DNA of 64,000 nt from positions 327,794,001-327,858,000 of the forward strand of contig OZ024741.1 of assembly GCA_964016885.1 (NCBI GenBank). The letters run 5' to 3'. The translations under genes were made by a program, and so were the position numbers. Shown here piece after piece: positions 1-11,659 of the stretch. The notes below the pieces were generated by a model. It had not been told where the DNA came from. It ran no database searches and saw only the letters and a list, made by a program, of their open reading frames with translations. Every line of letters starts with the position of its first letter. Position 1 is the stretch's first letter. Source of the DNA: Eledone cirrhosa. Lineage: Eukaryota.

Positions 1-137
1 GCTGAAAATGACTACAGCACTAATGGGGAGTTTGACCCAGCGATGGAAGCGCATCCTGTTCAGGGGAAAGTGTTGCTTCACGCAACGGAAACCGGGATAA
101 GCGCCGGCATAATTCCGAGCTCGAGACAGACTTTACT
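1..137 (+). mobile_element. 3' part of a SINE resembling the MetaSINE central/3' domain
   Basis: cccagcgatggaagcgcatcctgttcagggga...gcttcacgcaacggaaaccgggataagcgccggc...agacttta resembles, from memory, the conserved Meta-domain SINE body; not verified by search. Confidence 0.4.
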
Positions 138-204
138 CATAGATATGTGTGTGTGCGTGTATGTGTTGGCGGGATTGTGTATGTGTATGTGTATGTATAT
201 CAAT

Positions 205-339
205 ATCATCATTCCTGATGATTACATAAGAATGAAATAGTTCTAGTCTTGTAGACACCATTTCTATCACTATATTCTATCAATGTATTGAGTACCTTTT
301 AAAACAGTAATTAGCTTCCGACACAACTCGTTAATCTAC

Positions 340-340
<1 letters not shown>
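205..340 (+). mobile_element. Diverged Penelope-like terminal repeat with degenerate hammerhead
   Basis: ttcCTGATGAttacataagaatGAAAtagttctagtcttgta...tgtattgagtacctt is homologous to 1290-1433 and 4100-4243. Confidence 0.6.
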
Positions 341-378
<38 letters not shown>

Positions 379-446
379 AATAAGAAAAAAAAAAAGACTC
401 CAGTTGCATTTTTGATTTCATCTTTTTTCCTTATATATATATATAG

Positions 447-973
447 TTTTAATATAGATGAGATTCTACAGGACTAGAACTGTTTCATTAATTAGAAATC
501 ATCAGGAATCTGGGTCTCAAAATATAAATATGGTATTTATAGGTCTCTACAAGTGGTAGGAGAGGGTGGGGAGTGGGATGGGTGTAGGTCATTGGTTGAT
601 AGAAAAGGGAATTCATTAAAAGCTAATTCTACAAAGCTATAGTTTATTTTTATTTATTTATGTGTTTAGAGTAACAAGGGCAGACAGAATTCTATAAACA
701 GGTTCCGGATGGCATACCATTCCTTGTCATTAAGTTTCTCTTAAGCTAACAGATGTCTATAAGATCAGTGGGGGGGTCAGTCATGGTCGATAGAATTAAA
801 GAAAAGGGAGATTCTTTAAAAGCTAAAATCATTAAGGTTCTACCAAGTGACAAAGGTTTAGAGAATTCTGTAGACAGATTCAAAATACTGAGTGCATATC
901 TTACAATTATCTTCGAACTTCTCTTAAACTAATCAACTATATGCCAAAAATCAACAGACACATTCACGAAAAA
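447..973 (-). mobile_element. Non-coding Penelope-like (PLE) derived element, hammerhead-bearing
   Basis: Reverse complement of 3630-4175; contains the hammerhead at 461-511; starts at a (TA)n tract. Confidence 0.7.
461..511 (-). ncRNA. Type I hammerhead ribozyme motif (family H1)
   Basis: Minus strand: agattc CTGATGA tttctaattaat GAAA cag ttctagtc ctg TA gaatct; helix I agattc/gaatct, helix III acag/ctgt, GUA site. Confidence 0.7.
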
Positions 974-1087
974 ACATACTCACTCACACAGTCACGCGCA
1001 CCCATAAACACACATACACATACACATATACACACATAAAAACACACACACATACATATAAATATAGTTATATACATACATATACAT

Positions 1088-1146
<59 letters not shown>

Positions 1147-1284
1147 TATACAAACACACACACATACATATATATACACACACACACACACACATATATA
1201 TATACACATATAAATACACTCACACACATAAATACAAACACAAATATACATGTGTATACATATACACACAAATACACATAGATA

Positions 1285-1432
1285 TATTTTTTGAGACCCA
1301 GATTCCTGATGATTTCTAATGAATGAAACAGTTCTAGTCCTGTAGAATTTCATCTATATTAAAACTTTTATACTCTGCTATGTATTGAGTACCTTACTTA
1401 CTGTGGTTACCTCCGATTCAACCCGGAATAAC

Positions 1433-1433
<1 letters not shown>
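1285..1433 (+). mobile_element. PLE terminal repeat with hammerhead H1 (1300-1350), inverted relative to 447-520
   Basis: agattcCTGATGAtttctaatgaatGAAAcagttctagtcctgTAgaattt, followed by the same 3' tail as 4160-4243 and then (TA)n. Confidence 0.7.
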
Positions 1434-1488
<55 letters not shown>

Positions 1489-1875
1489 CCTCATATGTCT
1501 GTTACTTAATTTGTTACTTAATCAACGAAACTATTGCATTCAAAAGTACTCAGTTAGAATTGTCTACATGTATTCATTATATAATCGCTGCTATATATAT
1601 TTCGATAAGTCTTATGCAACAGTCACCGAAATAGATATAACAGCGATTATATATTGAATACATGAAGTAAATTCAAACCTGTTGACTTGTACTCCAATAT
1701 GTATATATACATACATACATACATATATATAAATATATGTGTGTGCGTGCGTGTGCGTGTGCGTGTGCGTGTGCGAGTGTGTGTGTGTCTATATACGCAG
1801 AGTTTAACAAACATATGCACACGTCAGAAAAAGAAAAAATTGCATAGATATTTAAATACCTCCACACACAGACAC

Positions 1876-1930
<55 letters not shown>

Positions 1931-2289
1931 TATGTATGAATGCATACGTACATACATATATGTATAGAGACGTACAGTAGTATGTATATATATACATACA
2001 TGCACACCTATATATATGCACGTATCGGTTTACCGAACATTTATTATAATGTTCGGTTTGTTCGTAAACAAACAAACAGCCCGAATTACGCCGTACAGTG
2101 TTTAGGCAACCATGTCACTTTTTTGTTCAGGAACGATGTACTAGTTTGAAGCTTATTAGCTATCGTCAGCATCGTATACCTTGCTGCCAGATGGTTGGAC
2201 GTCTGAAAGTATATACTTTCCTTATGCATATTAACTTCCGTACTAAGAGTGAGAAATGAAATTTCGTTTCATTCTATTCCATTTATATA

Positions 2290-3182
2290 TATATATAAAG
2301 TTTGTAGTTCCTGTCTGTTTGTTTGTTCACGAAGTCCTCTTATGGTTCAGGAGATAGACCCTAATAACCATATGTATTCTGAAACTACATTGCCCAGAGA
2401 GTACTTGGATAAATATATTTCATTTTTATCAAAGGGTTCCCCGGGGGCACACACCCCCGCTGAAAATGATTTCCCTTCGATTTATATGAAATTTAACCAT
2501 TTGTAAATGAAAAGATATGACGCCTATTCAGAAGATCTCAGCAAATTTCAATAATATTAAGACACCCTAATGGGGGATTAAACCCTCTATACTGAAAACT
2601 GTGGCCAATAAATGGAACAAGATGTGTTGTAACAAGATTGCATGAGAACTTGATTGAAGCAACCATTATATTCGGGGTTTACAAAGGTAAAGCTCTTCTC
2701 ATTCCGAGGATTCCAATTATACCAAGTGATAGTGAGTTGCATTTTACATTTAAGAGCCTGCGGTTCCCAGAGAGGCCATTCATTGCCATGAGCATCAATA
2801 AGAGTCAAGGTCAAACTTTCAAAATTATTGGTATAGACCTGACAAACCCATGGTTCAGTCATAGTATGTTTTATGTGGCTGTTTCAAGGAGCGGAACGTC
2901 AAAAAATGTCTACATTTTAGCCAATCAAAGAAAGACAAGAAATGTTTACCCTAGAATTCTTCATTAGGACAATGTATGAAATATCTTTTCATGTATTTAT
3001 TATGTTAAAAAATAAATAATTAAACTTTGAATTTCTAATTAGAAAATAATGCTTTACACAAAAAATGAGATGATCAAGTTTTGAATTGATATTTTGAAAA
3101 ACATTATTTACAAGAAACAAAAATAAGAATAATATTTAATAATGTAATTTTGATTTGATATATTGCAAAATAATTCGGCTAG
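2290..3182 (+). mobile_element. Internally deleted Helitron
   Basis: PIF1 helicase C-terminus inside; ends CTAG followed by T at 3179-3183; 5' and 3' non-coding parts match 19442-20083 in reverse. Confidence 0.75.
2638..2967 (+). pseudogene. Helitron RepHel PIF1-family helicase C-terminal fragment
   Basis: LIPRIPIIPSD..FTFKSLRFPERPFIAMSINKSQGQT..GIDL..PWFSHSMFYVAVSR..T.NVY matches SF1B helicase motifs V/VI. Confidence 0.9.
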
Positions 3183-3189
3183 TATATAT

Positions 3190-3342
3190 AATAATTGTTT
3201 CTACTATTGGCACAAGACCAGCAATTACCCAGTACATTACTGGTACTTTATTTGATCGACCCTGTAAGGATGAAATGCAAAGTTAACCTCGGCGGGATTT
3301 CAACTCAGAAAGGCAAACCGTAACTCTATGCGTCAAAGCAAG
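3190..3342 (-). mobile_element. tRNA-derived SINE (5'-truncated) with Nin-like central domain
   Basis: B-box-like ctgagttgaaatcccgcc, gcatttcatccttacagggtcgat..aaagtaccagt, tail ggtcttgtgccaatagtagaaacaatta; many copies in the window. Confidence 0.8.
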
Positions 3343-3495
3343 GCTAGTATATATAATAGTAATAATAAATGTGAAGACTAAAATCCGAAGTGGATTCGAT
3401 AAGGATTTTATATATATTAAAATAACAAATTACATTTTAAGCAAAGAATCGCTGCTTTCACCATCAACGCGATTTTCTGAAACTTTAATCTATTC

Positions 3496-3578
<83 letters not shown>

Positions 3579-3629
3579 TTTTTTGTTTTTTATGTGTGTT
3601 TTTTTGTTTTTCTGTTTTTTTTTTTTTTG

Positions 3630-4240
3630 TTTTTTTGTGAATGTGTCTGTTGATTTTTGGCATATTGTTGATTAGTTTAAGAGAAGTTCGAAGATAATAG
3701 TAAGATATGCACTCAGTATTTTGAATCTGTGCAGAATTCTCTAGACCTTTGTCACTTAGTAGAACCTTAATGACTTTAGCTTTTAAAGAATCTCCCTTTT
3801 CTTTAATTCTATCGAGCATGACTGACCCCCCACTGATTTTATAGACATCTGTTAGCTTAAGAGAAACTTATTGACAAGGAATGGTATGCCATCCGGAACC
3901 TGTTTATAGAATTCTGTCTGCCTTTGTTACTCTAAAAACATAAATAAATATAAATAAAAATAAAAATAAAAATTAACTATAGCTTTGTAGAATTAGCTTT
4001 TAATGAATTCCCTTTTCTATCAACCAATGACCTGCACCCATCCCACTCCCCACCCTCTCCTACCACTTGTAGAGACCTATAAATACCATATTTATTTTTT
4101 GATACCCAGATTCCTGATGATTTCTAATGAATGAAACAGTTCTAGTCCTGTAGAATCTCATCTATATTAAAACTGTTATACTCTGCTATGTATTGAGTAC
4201 CTTACTTACTGTGGTTACCTCCGATTCAACCCGGAATAAC

Positions 4241-4243
<3 letters not shown>
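3630..4243 (+). mobile_element. Non-coding PLE-derived element with hammerhead H1
   Basis: High identity to 447-973 (reverse) and 1285-1433; ends in (TA)n. Confidence 0.7.
4108..4158 (+). ncRNA. Type I hammerhead ribozyme motif (family H1)
   Basis: agattc CTGATGA t-ttc-taat-gaa-t GAAA cag ttctagtc ctg TA gaatct; 6-bp helix I, short helix II, helix III with a ctag-centred near-palindromic loop. Confidence 0.75.
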
Positions 4244-4281
<38 letters not shown>

Positions 4282-4923
4282 TATGTATATATATATATAT
4301 ATATTTGTATGGGTGTGTGTGAATTTGTGTGTGTGTGTGTGTGTGTGTATAATTCGGAGACAGCAGAATATTAGATAATGATAGTACACATTGTTAATAA
4401 GACGTGGGGTCGTTTTGTCAGAGGTAGCATTCCTGTTAAGGAAAGACACACAAAAAACAAATACATATGTACATCTATACACGCATATACAAAATAGGAA
4501 TTTCCACGCTAAGATATCTTGATTCCAGAACTCTACATTTGAATAATTATATATATATATATCTTTTCCTGATGGGTGTATACGTTTTAATGGTGGACTC
4601 TGTATATCTCCATATATATAACAACTTGTTTTATAAATAGACATATAAGTACTATATCAGCTCTTACATTAAACATTAAATCGGATATAATCGGATATAT
4701 ATAGATATATTTCTTTATTTACCATAAAGGCATAAAAAGAAGGGACAAATACAAAGGGGGAGTTTACATCACATCGAGTAAAATGGTTATAAAATGAAAA
4801 TAATCGAAAACAGCCTCAAAAGGGAGGGGACGTGATGGGGTTGCACACACCCCCGAAAAAGTGTGCAATCCTTTGCCCGGAGAGCACATGGAGAAGGTGC
4901 TCCCCTCTCCTTCACTTCTTTAC

Positions 4924-7900
4924 CTACAGGATGGTATACAGAGAAGGCCCATTTACACGAGCCATTCTCGCCACTATCACCCACCTTTCATAAAACTGCC
5001 TGTGGCCAAGCACCTCTCTCTCCATTCTTATCCTTCTTCCGAAGTGATATCGGAAGAAGTAGACCAGACTATGGCCAGAGAGGAAGTTGCCTGACCTCAG
5101 ACCTTTCAATCGTGTCCACCAAACAACATCTTTCAACATGGCTATTACGCACAGAAAAACCGCCTTTGCTTCCTTTGTGAAGAGGGGAGGCGGCTTGATT
5201 GTCATCACGGACTCGGCGGTCAATCGAATCGGCGCCACCCGCGACAGCAGTCGCTCGGCGTAACCCCACAGATCAGCCACGCCCGGACATTGCACCAATG
5301 CGTGCGCAACGGTTTCTTCGTGACGCACGCATCTAGGGCAAATCTTTTTCGAGGGATCCCTGCCCGGGCGCCCGTGTCTGTAGAGGCTCTCTCGAACAGG
5401 TAGAGCCCCCCGGTAGCACTGCCAGGCTAGTGACTTCTGGAAGTTGTCCATTGATCCCGGGCTGAAAGTCCTACCGAACAGGCTGGCCAGTTCGTCCTCT
5501 TCCATGTCCAGCGACTCTCCAAGGGTGTCATCGCCCCTGCTAGCCACCAGCCCTCTATAGAATGATGAGGTTGATTCTCCACCGATGGCCTGGCCCGCTT
5601 GCCAGAGAGCCCTGAGCGCCTGGGCACACTCAGTGTGCCAGTCTCCCAGTTTTCCGGATCTTTGCTTGACCCAGGACTGCAGCTGGGTGAGCGAGACGAG
5701 TCTCTGAAAGGCTCGTTTCACGAACGGAGCCCACACCGGTTGACCATTGAGGAATACCTGTAGGTGCCGTAGCCTTAATGCGTGCCTACGCATCATCAAC
5801 CACGGCATCCCCAGCCCTCCTTTCGAAGGTTGTTGGCAGCAGATGGATCTTCTCACCATAGGAGGGCGCTTCTTCCAAAGAAATTGGAAGAGCATGCGTT
5901 CCATGGTGGTGAGTGTTTCCTTAGGGCAAGGCACGACAGTCAGGCGGTAGTAAGTGACGGACGCTATGTAAATGTTCCCCACCTCCGCCCGGCCTTTTAG
6001 GGACAGCTTACACTTGGCCCATTTCTGGGTTAGTGCAAACACCTTTTCGTAACCTCGTCCCAGTTCTTTTCCACCTGGAGGTCCGCTCCAAACCAGATCC
6101 CAAGAAACTTCACCGGGCCCTCCGTCCAGTGTCCGACGACACCGTCAGGAGGCATCGGTCTGCCTCTCCACGTTCCGAGTTGCAGCCCGATGGATTTTTC
6201 CCGGTTCAGTTTCGCTCCTGACAACCTTTCGTAATCCTTCAGTAAGGTACCGATCGCCTCGATCTCCGAGTTGGTCGATACCATTACTGTTACGTCATCG
6301 GCGTAGGCCGACACCGCTTTGCTCAATCCTGGTTCCAGGGATTTACCCTGCAACAATTCCAACTTCCTCAGTAAAGGCTCGAGAGTCAATACGTACAGAA
6401 GGGAGGAGAGAGGGTACACCTGTCGAATGGATCGTGTGATTTCGAACGGCTTCGAAAGGTAGCCGTTCACCTTGATCCTAGAACAGATGTGGTTGCTATG
6501 TAAGGCAGTGATCCAGCCTCTGAAAACAGGACCGAACCCAACCGCCGCTAGCACCGCATCCAGGTAACCATGGTCGACCTATCAAAGGCCTTAGACTGAT
6601 CCAAGTTGATCAGGGCCCCACCGAAGTCGGGTTTGTTGCGAACCCTCTCTATGATGTATCGCATGAGATGGAGGTTATCGTGAATGGACCTGGATGGGAT
6701 AGTACATGTCTGCGCATCTCCCACCAGGCCACCCACGACAAGCGTCAACATATTTGCTAACACCTTGGCCAAAATCTTTAACTCTGTGTTTAGCAGGGTT
6801 ATGGGCCAAAAATTATTTATACTATCCCCCTTGTTCTCGTCCTTCCGCACCAGCGAGACTACGCCCTTGGCTACAGAACAAGGAATTCTACCGTTCTGCT
6901 GCCAATTGCAGTAGACCGTTTCGAGGAGTTCGGAGAAGAAGACCGGCATTGCTAAATAAAGTTCGTAAGGTATACCATCGAGACCTGGAGATTTGCGTCT
7001 GCTGCATTGGCTCAGCACATCCCCGATCTCATCAGCCGAGATTGGTCCCTCGCAGGACTCTGCCTCTTCGCTCGAGAGACGCGGCAGGCCGTCGAGGTAT
7101 GGACCGAAATCCACGTCCCCGCCCGGACCCTCGCCTCCCCCGAATAATCGGTCAAAGTGCCTTTGAAAGGCCTCGCACATCTGCTTAGGATCCCGGTACA
7201 CCCGTCCATCCTCGTCTTGCAAAGACGGATGGCGGATCGATTTCCACTCTTAGCTTCTGTCACGCGGGCCCAGCCAACGGCTTTGGCCCCCTCATTACCT
7301 TGAGCACGTATTTTACTTCGAATGACGCAGCCTTCGTGCTTTGCATCGAAAATATGGTTCAAGGCCGTCCTCGATGCCAGCACTCTGGCCACATCTTCGC
7401 TCTTGATTGTCTCTTCTAATTTATATGTTAATTCTTTCTCGTTTCTATTCCTATCGGCAGCTAACATCTTGCTATAACTTATTGATTCTGTTCTAATCTC
7501 TCTTTTGAGAGATGCCCACCATCGGTTGTTGACGATTGCACCCGCCAACCTCTCCTTAACTAATCTGCTAATCCGGTTTCCGTAAGTCTATTTTGTCGGT
7601 AAAGACAAATTAAGTTTCCAGTAACCGGGACCCTGTTTATGTGTTTTCTCAAAATTGACTACGCAGGTCACTAATTTGTGATCTGTATAGCCAACCGTGA
7701 GCATTTCTGGACAGCTTAATATGTCCCTATCCTTACTTCTAACTAAGAATCTATCTAATTACGATCTAGATTGACCACTGTGGTTCGTCCAAGTCCAGGT
7801 TGGCACAGTTGCAAAATCTAGTCGATATCTATCGACCAAGTTAAAACGGTCGAGTAACCCCTTGAGGCTGTTACACCCCCCTCTATTAGGACATGCTCCT

Positions 7901-8358
7901 GAATAGTCCCAACTTGCAGCTAGGATGTCATTCCAATCTCCCGCTAGAAGCAGGGAAAGCGACGTTCCCAGAAAAGTCTCCAAACGCTGGAAGAAGTCGG
8001 GCCGTTCAGCTCCGAAAGGGGAGTAGACGGCGACCAGTCTCAAGGCCGCACCTTCACTACTGCCAACGTCTAGCACCAACAAACGACCCTCCGGGTCCGA
8101 GTGAACAACCTGTACGGCGAGACCCAGGTGTTTTTCCAGCAGTACGACAACCCCACCCCCACCTCCAGGTTGACAGAGAGATGCATGCACCTCAAAGTCA
8201 TCGAAGGTAGGGGCCCGCTGCCGCACGACGCTGATCCGAGTCTCACAGATAAGCATTACATTTATACCACGTGACCTGAGGTCATTTAGAAGCTTTGCTT
8301 GCTTCCAAGTTGAGCCCAGACCACGTGCATTCAATCATCCTACTCTTAACACATCCAT
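4924..8358 (-). pseudogene. ORF2: AP endonuclease, reverse transcriptase and C-terminal zinc finger, frameshifted
   Basis: MDVLRVG*LNARGL..ICETR, LLAGDWN, KSPGLDGIPYELY, WPITLLNTELKILAK, LDQSKAFDR, PLSSLLY, YADD, CPRC..EETVAHAL..CP spread over five ORFs. Confidence 0.92.
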
Positions 8359-8391
8359 GTGGGCGGCAAAGCCAAAGGAGAGTGTAGAGAC

Positions 8392-10228
8392 CTACCTTTC
8401 TGCTTCCCGGGGTTCGGGTCGCACGACTTCCATGGGGTCGGGGGTGTTGGGTGAAGGGCTGTCTTGTGGTGGTGTGGGGTCGTCAGTGTGTGGTGGGGTT
8501 GGGGTGTTTGGAGTTGTGTTGGGGAGGGGCAGGGGAGGGGGAAAGCTTTTTAGTAGGACGCGGTTTATGGGTTTGACAGAGGGATCCTACGTCCTCCTTA
8601 AAATACTGTTTTAGTTTTTGGTAGAGGTTCATTGGGATCTTTATTAATTTTAAATGTGGGTAGTTTTCTGAAGAAACAAAGTTTACACCTTCGGTTTGTA
8701 CCGAAGGATTATTGTTTATGAGTTCATTTAATTTATTATTGTTTCTGTTGGTGTAAGTATAGTGTAATGTCTTTTTTTCGGATGGTGTGATTGTTTCGAA
8801 GAGGGGAGGGCAGGTTTGGTTTTGTTTGTTGCTGGAGGGGTGTTTTGTCTTTTGTTGGATTGTGTTCATATTTGGGTAGGGGTTGTTTGGCCTTGTGTGT
8901 TTTGCACATGTTTTCTTTTTTTCCTTTTAATCTGTCTGAAGGACTCCGTTTCTTCCCCCGAATTCGTTGGGTTATCTTCAGTGTTGGAGGGAAGAGGTAT
9001 GCTTGCTGGTAATGTTTCCGTGTTGGTTTTCTTTGTGGGGGAGATGGATGTCACTATGTTAGACTGTGTTGTGTGTTGTGGCTGCGGTGGTTGTGTTGTT
9101 TTATTGAGTGAGTGGTTGGGTGGGACTGTATTTTGTTTTTGGGTAATGTGTTGTGACTGTTTGTGTGTGTTGTGGTGGTGGTGTAGTTTTACTGAGGGAC
9201 GGGTTGGGTGGGACTGAGTTTTGTTGTTTGTTTATTTGTTGTGATGGTGGTGGAGCTGGTGTTGGTAGCAGGGTTTTCTTTTTGTTGAGTTGGGGACAAG
9301 CCGCCTTCAGGTGCTAATAGGATTCTGTCGAGTATTTGGGCGATGCGATCAGGCTTAATTTGCACTACAAGTTCTATACCTGTTCCACTGAACGCATTGC
9401 CTGTGGTTTTCCCAATGGAAATCACGTTGTCATTCGCTGGATCGATGAAGCCAGCTATGAGCCAGCAGTAGTCCACATCTGGCATCATTGCATCCAGCCA
9501 TTTGCGCTGAGTTCTTTTACCCATATAAGATGGATAAAAGGTAAAATGTGTCGAACGAATCGGTGACAAAGCACATTTTTTTGCCGCCGATTCGTTCTTC
9601 ATAATAAGCGCTAGGCTTCCATACAGTCTGTCTTTTCTTATGAAAGTGGTTTCATTAAGAACTTCTGTAAGTACTGCTTTGATTTCTGTTTGTGTTGGCT
9701 GATGAGGATTTTTAGAAATGTTGTTGATGGTGCGGAAAACGACCGTCCGACTTTCAATGTCTTTGGTGAGTTCTTGAGGCATTTTTACCGATAAAATACC
9801 ATTTTCCCCTTCAGTTATGTATTGTTTGGCGTCTGTAATTCTTTGCGCCACATCTGAAATATTTTCAGGTATATATGTCAAATAATTCTTTGTTGTTTGT
9901 GCAAATGAAATATTATTGGTGTTGACTTTGTTGTCTGCTTTGCTTTCTGTTATGATGTTGTTTTCAAATGTTATTTTTGTGTTTGTCGTGTCTTTGTTTG
10001 TGGTATTAATATTGTCATGCAATTTTTCAAAGTTTTTTTTTTCGTTGCTGTAATCAATGTCCAGATTTGTGTTTTCGTCATTTTTCTCCGCACATTCGTC
10101 TGTTTTTCTTTTTTTTTTCTTTCCTTCTCTATGACGTTAGTTGGGAAGGAAGGGGCGACTAAAGCGTGCGAGCTAACAACTCTTACCGCTGTCCCCCCAC
10201 CACTATTTTCGTTAGCTTCGTTTAACAT
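8392..10228 (-). pseudogene. ORF1 (gag-like) of Tx1-like LINE, frameshifted
   Basis: SFAQTTK...FIRKDRLYGSL...FYPSYMGKRTQR is shared with copy 2; T/P/K-rich C-terminus ending ...EAER*. Confidence 0.75.
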
Positions 10229-10507
10229 TTCTGTCAGACGATTGAAATTTTTTATGCCACAACATTTTTAAAACAGGTTTTTCACCCCTGGGAGGAGCAA
10301 AGTTGAGCTGACCCACCGCCTGACAGTTCAGACGGGGGTCAAGCTACACAATAGTATCAAAATTAAAATTGAACTTACACAATTTCCGCAATATATTTGA
10401 ACAAAACTTCTGCGCGAAGTGAATTACATCTACGTTGTAGAACAGACGACAGCTAGATTAATCCGATATATATATATAGATAGATATATAGATAGATATA
10501 GATAGAT

Positions 10508-11386
10508 AAATTTCTTTATTAGCCACAAGGGCACAAAAGAAGGGGACAAATACAAATGGGGAGTTTACATACAGGTATAAGAAAATAAATCTATTAATAC
10601 AAAAACAAATAACAATTGAAATCCCCAATAGGGGGTAGGTGTTACACAGGGGTTGTACACACCCCGCAAAAATGTACAACCCTCATCTCCAGGAGAACCA
10701 AGAGTGAGTACTCCCTTCCTCTCTTCCTCTTTTTCCTCAACCTACAGGCTTATATAGAGAGAAGGCCCAACCAATCAGGCCATCTTTGCCACATTCACCC
10801 ACCTTTTATAAAATTTGCTGGGGTACAGCACCTCTCTCTCCATCCTGATTCTTCTTCCAAAATGTTATATGAAAAAACGAATCAGTTGCTTGCCGAAGAG
10901 AAAGGTGTCTGACCTCAGCCCTTTTAACCTCGTCCACCATATAACCTCTTTCACCATAGCCATAACACATAAGCAAACCACCTCTCCCTCCTTTTTGAAG
11001 GAGGGTGGCGGTTTGATCATGACAATAGACTCGGTGTCAACTGGATTGGTCCCACCCGCGACAATAGTCGCGCTCGCATCTCGGACAGATCTTTTTCGAA
11101 GGGTCCCTACCCGGGCACCCGTGTCTTTAGAGATTGTCTTGAACTGGTACAGATCCTCGGTAGCACTGCTAGGCCAGGGACTTTTGGAAGTTGTCCATTG
11201 GTCCCGGGTGGAAGGTCCTACCGAACAGACTGCGAGTTCGTCCTCCTCTACGCCTAGAGTTTCTCCGAGCATGTCGTCGCATTTGCTGCGGACCAACCCT
11301 CTCTAGAATGTCGAAGTGGAGTCACCACTGATCGCCGGGTCCGTTTGCCAGAGGACTGTGAGAGCCTGAGCACATTCGATGTGCCA
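10508..11386 (-). mobile_element. 5'-truncated, internally deleted Tx1-like LINE 3' fragment
   Basis: IKPPPSFKKEGEVVCLCVMAMVKEVIWWTRLKGLRSD and 3'UTR homologous to copies 1 and 2; (GATA)n on both sides. Confidence 0.88.
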
Positions 11387-11393
11387 GATAGAT

Positions 11394-11433
<40 letters not shown>

Positions 11434-11659
11434 GTTTGTATTTATTTGCCACGAGGGCACAAAATAAGGGTACAGGTACAGGGGGGGGGGGTTACATAAA
11501 GGAACGAGTTTAAAAACAAATAACAAATATAAAATTAACAATACAGTCCTCAATAGGGAGGAGGCGTTTAGGGGGTTACACCCCCCCAAAAAAAAGTGTG
11601 CAACCCTTTTCCTTAGGAGCACAGAGAGGGAGTGCTCCTTTGCACTTCCACCTTTCCAC

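Larger units (their letters stand above)
4708..10455 (-). mobile_element. Full-length, decayed Tx1/L1-clade LINE (copy 1)
   Basis: 5'UTR, ORF1, ORF2 (APE-RT-zinc finger), 3'UTR with AATAAA-like end abutting TATC-type repeat. Confidence 0.9.

Noticed and set aside
964-2149. Numerous ORFs rich in YI/CV/TH/ER dipeptides here and throughout the window
   Set aside because: They are translations of (TA)n, (TG)n, (CA)n and (GA)n microsatellites, not genes
2638-2967. Host PIF1 helicase gene
   Set aside because: Isolated C-terminal fragment with degraded motifs inside Helitron-like termini
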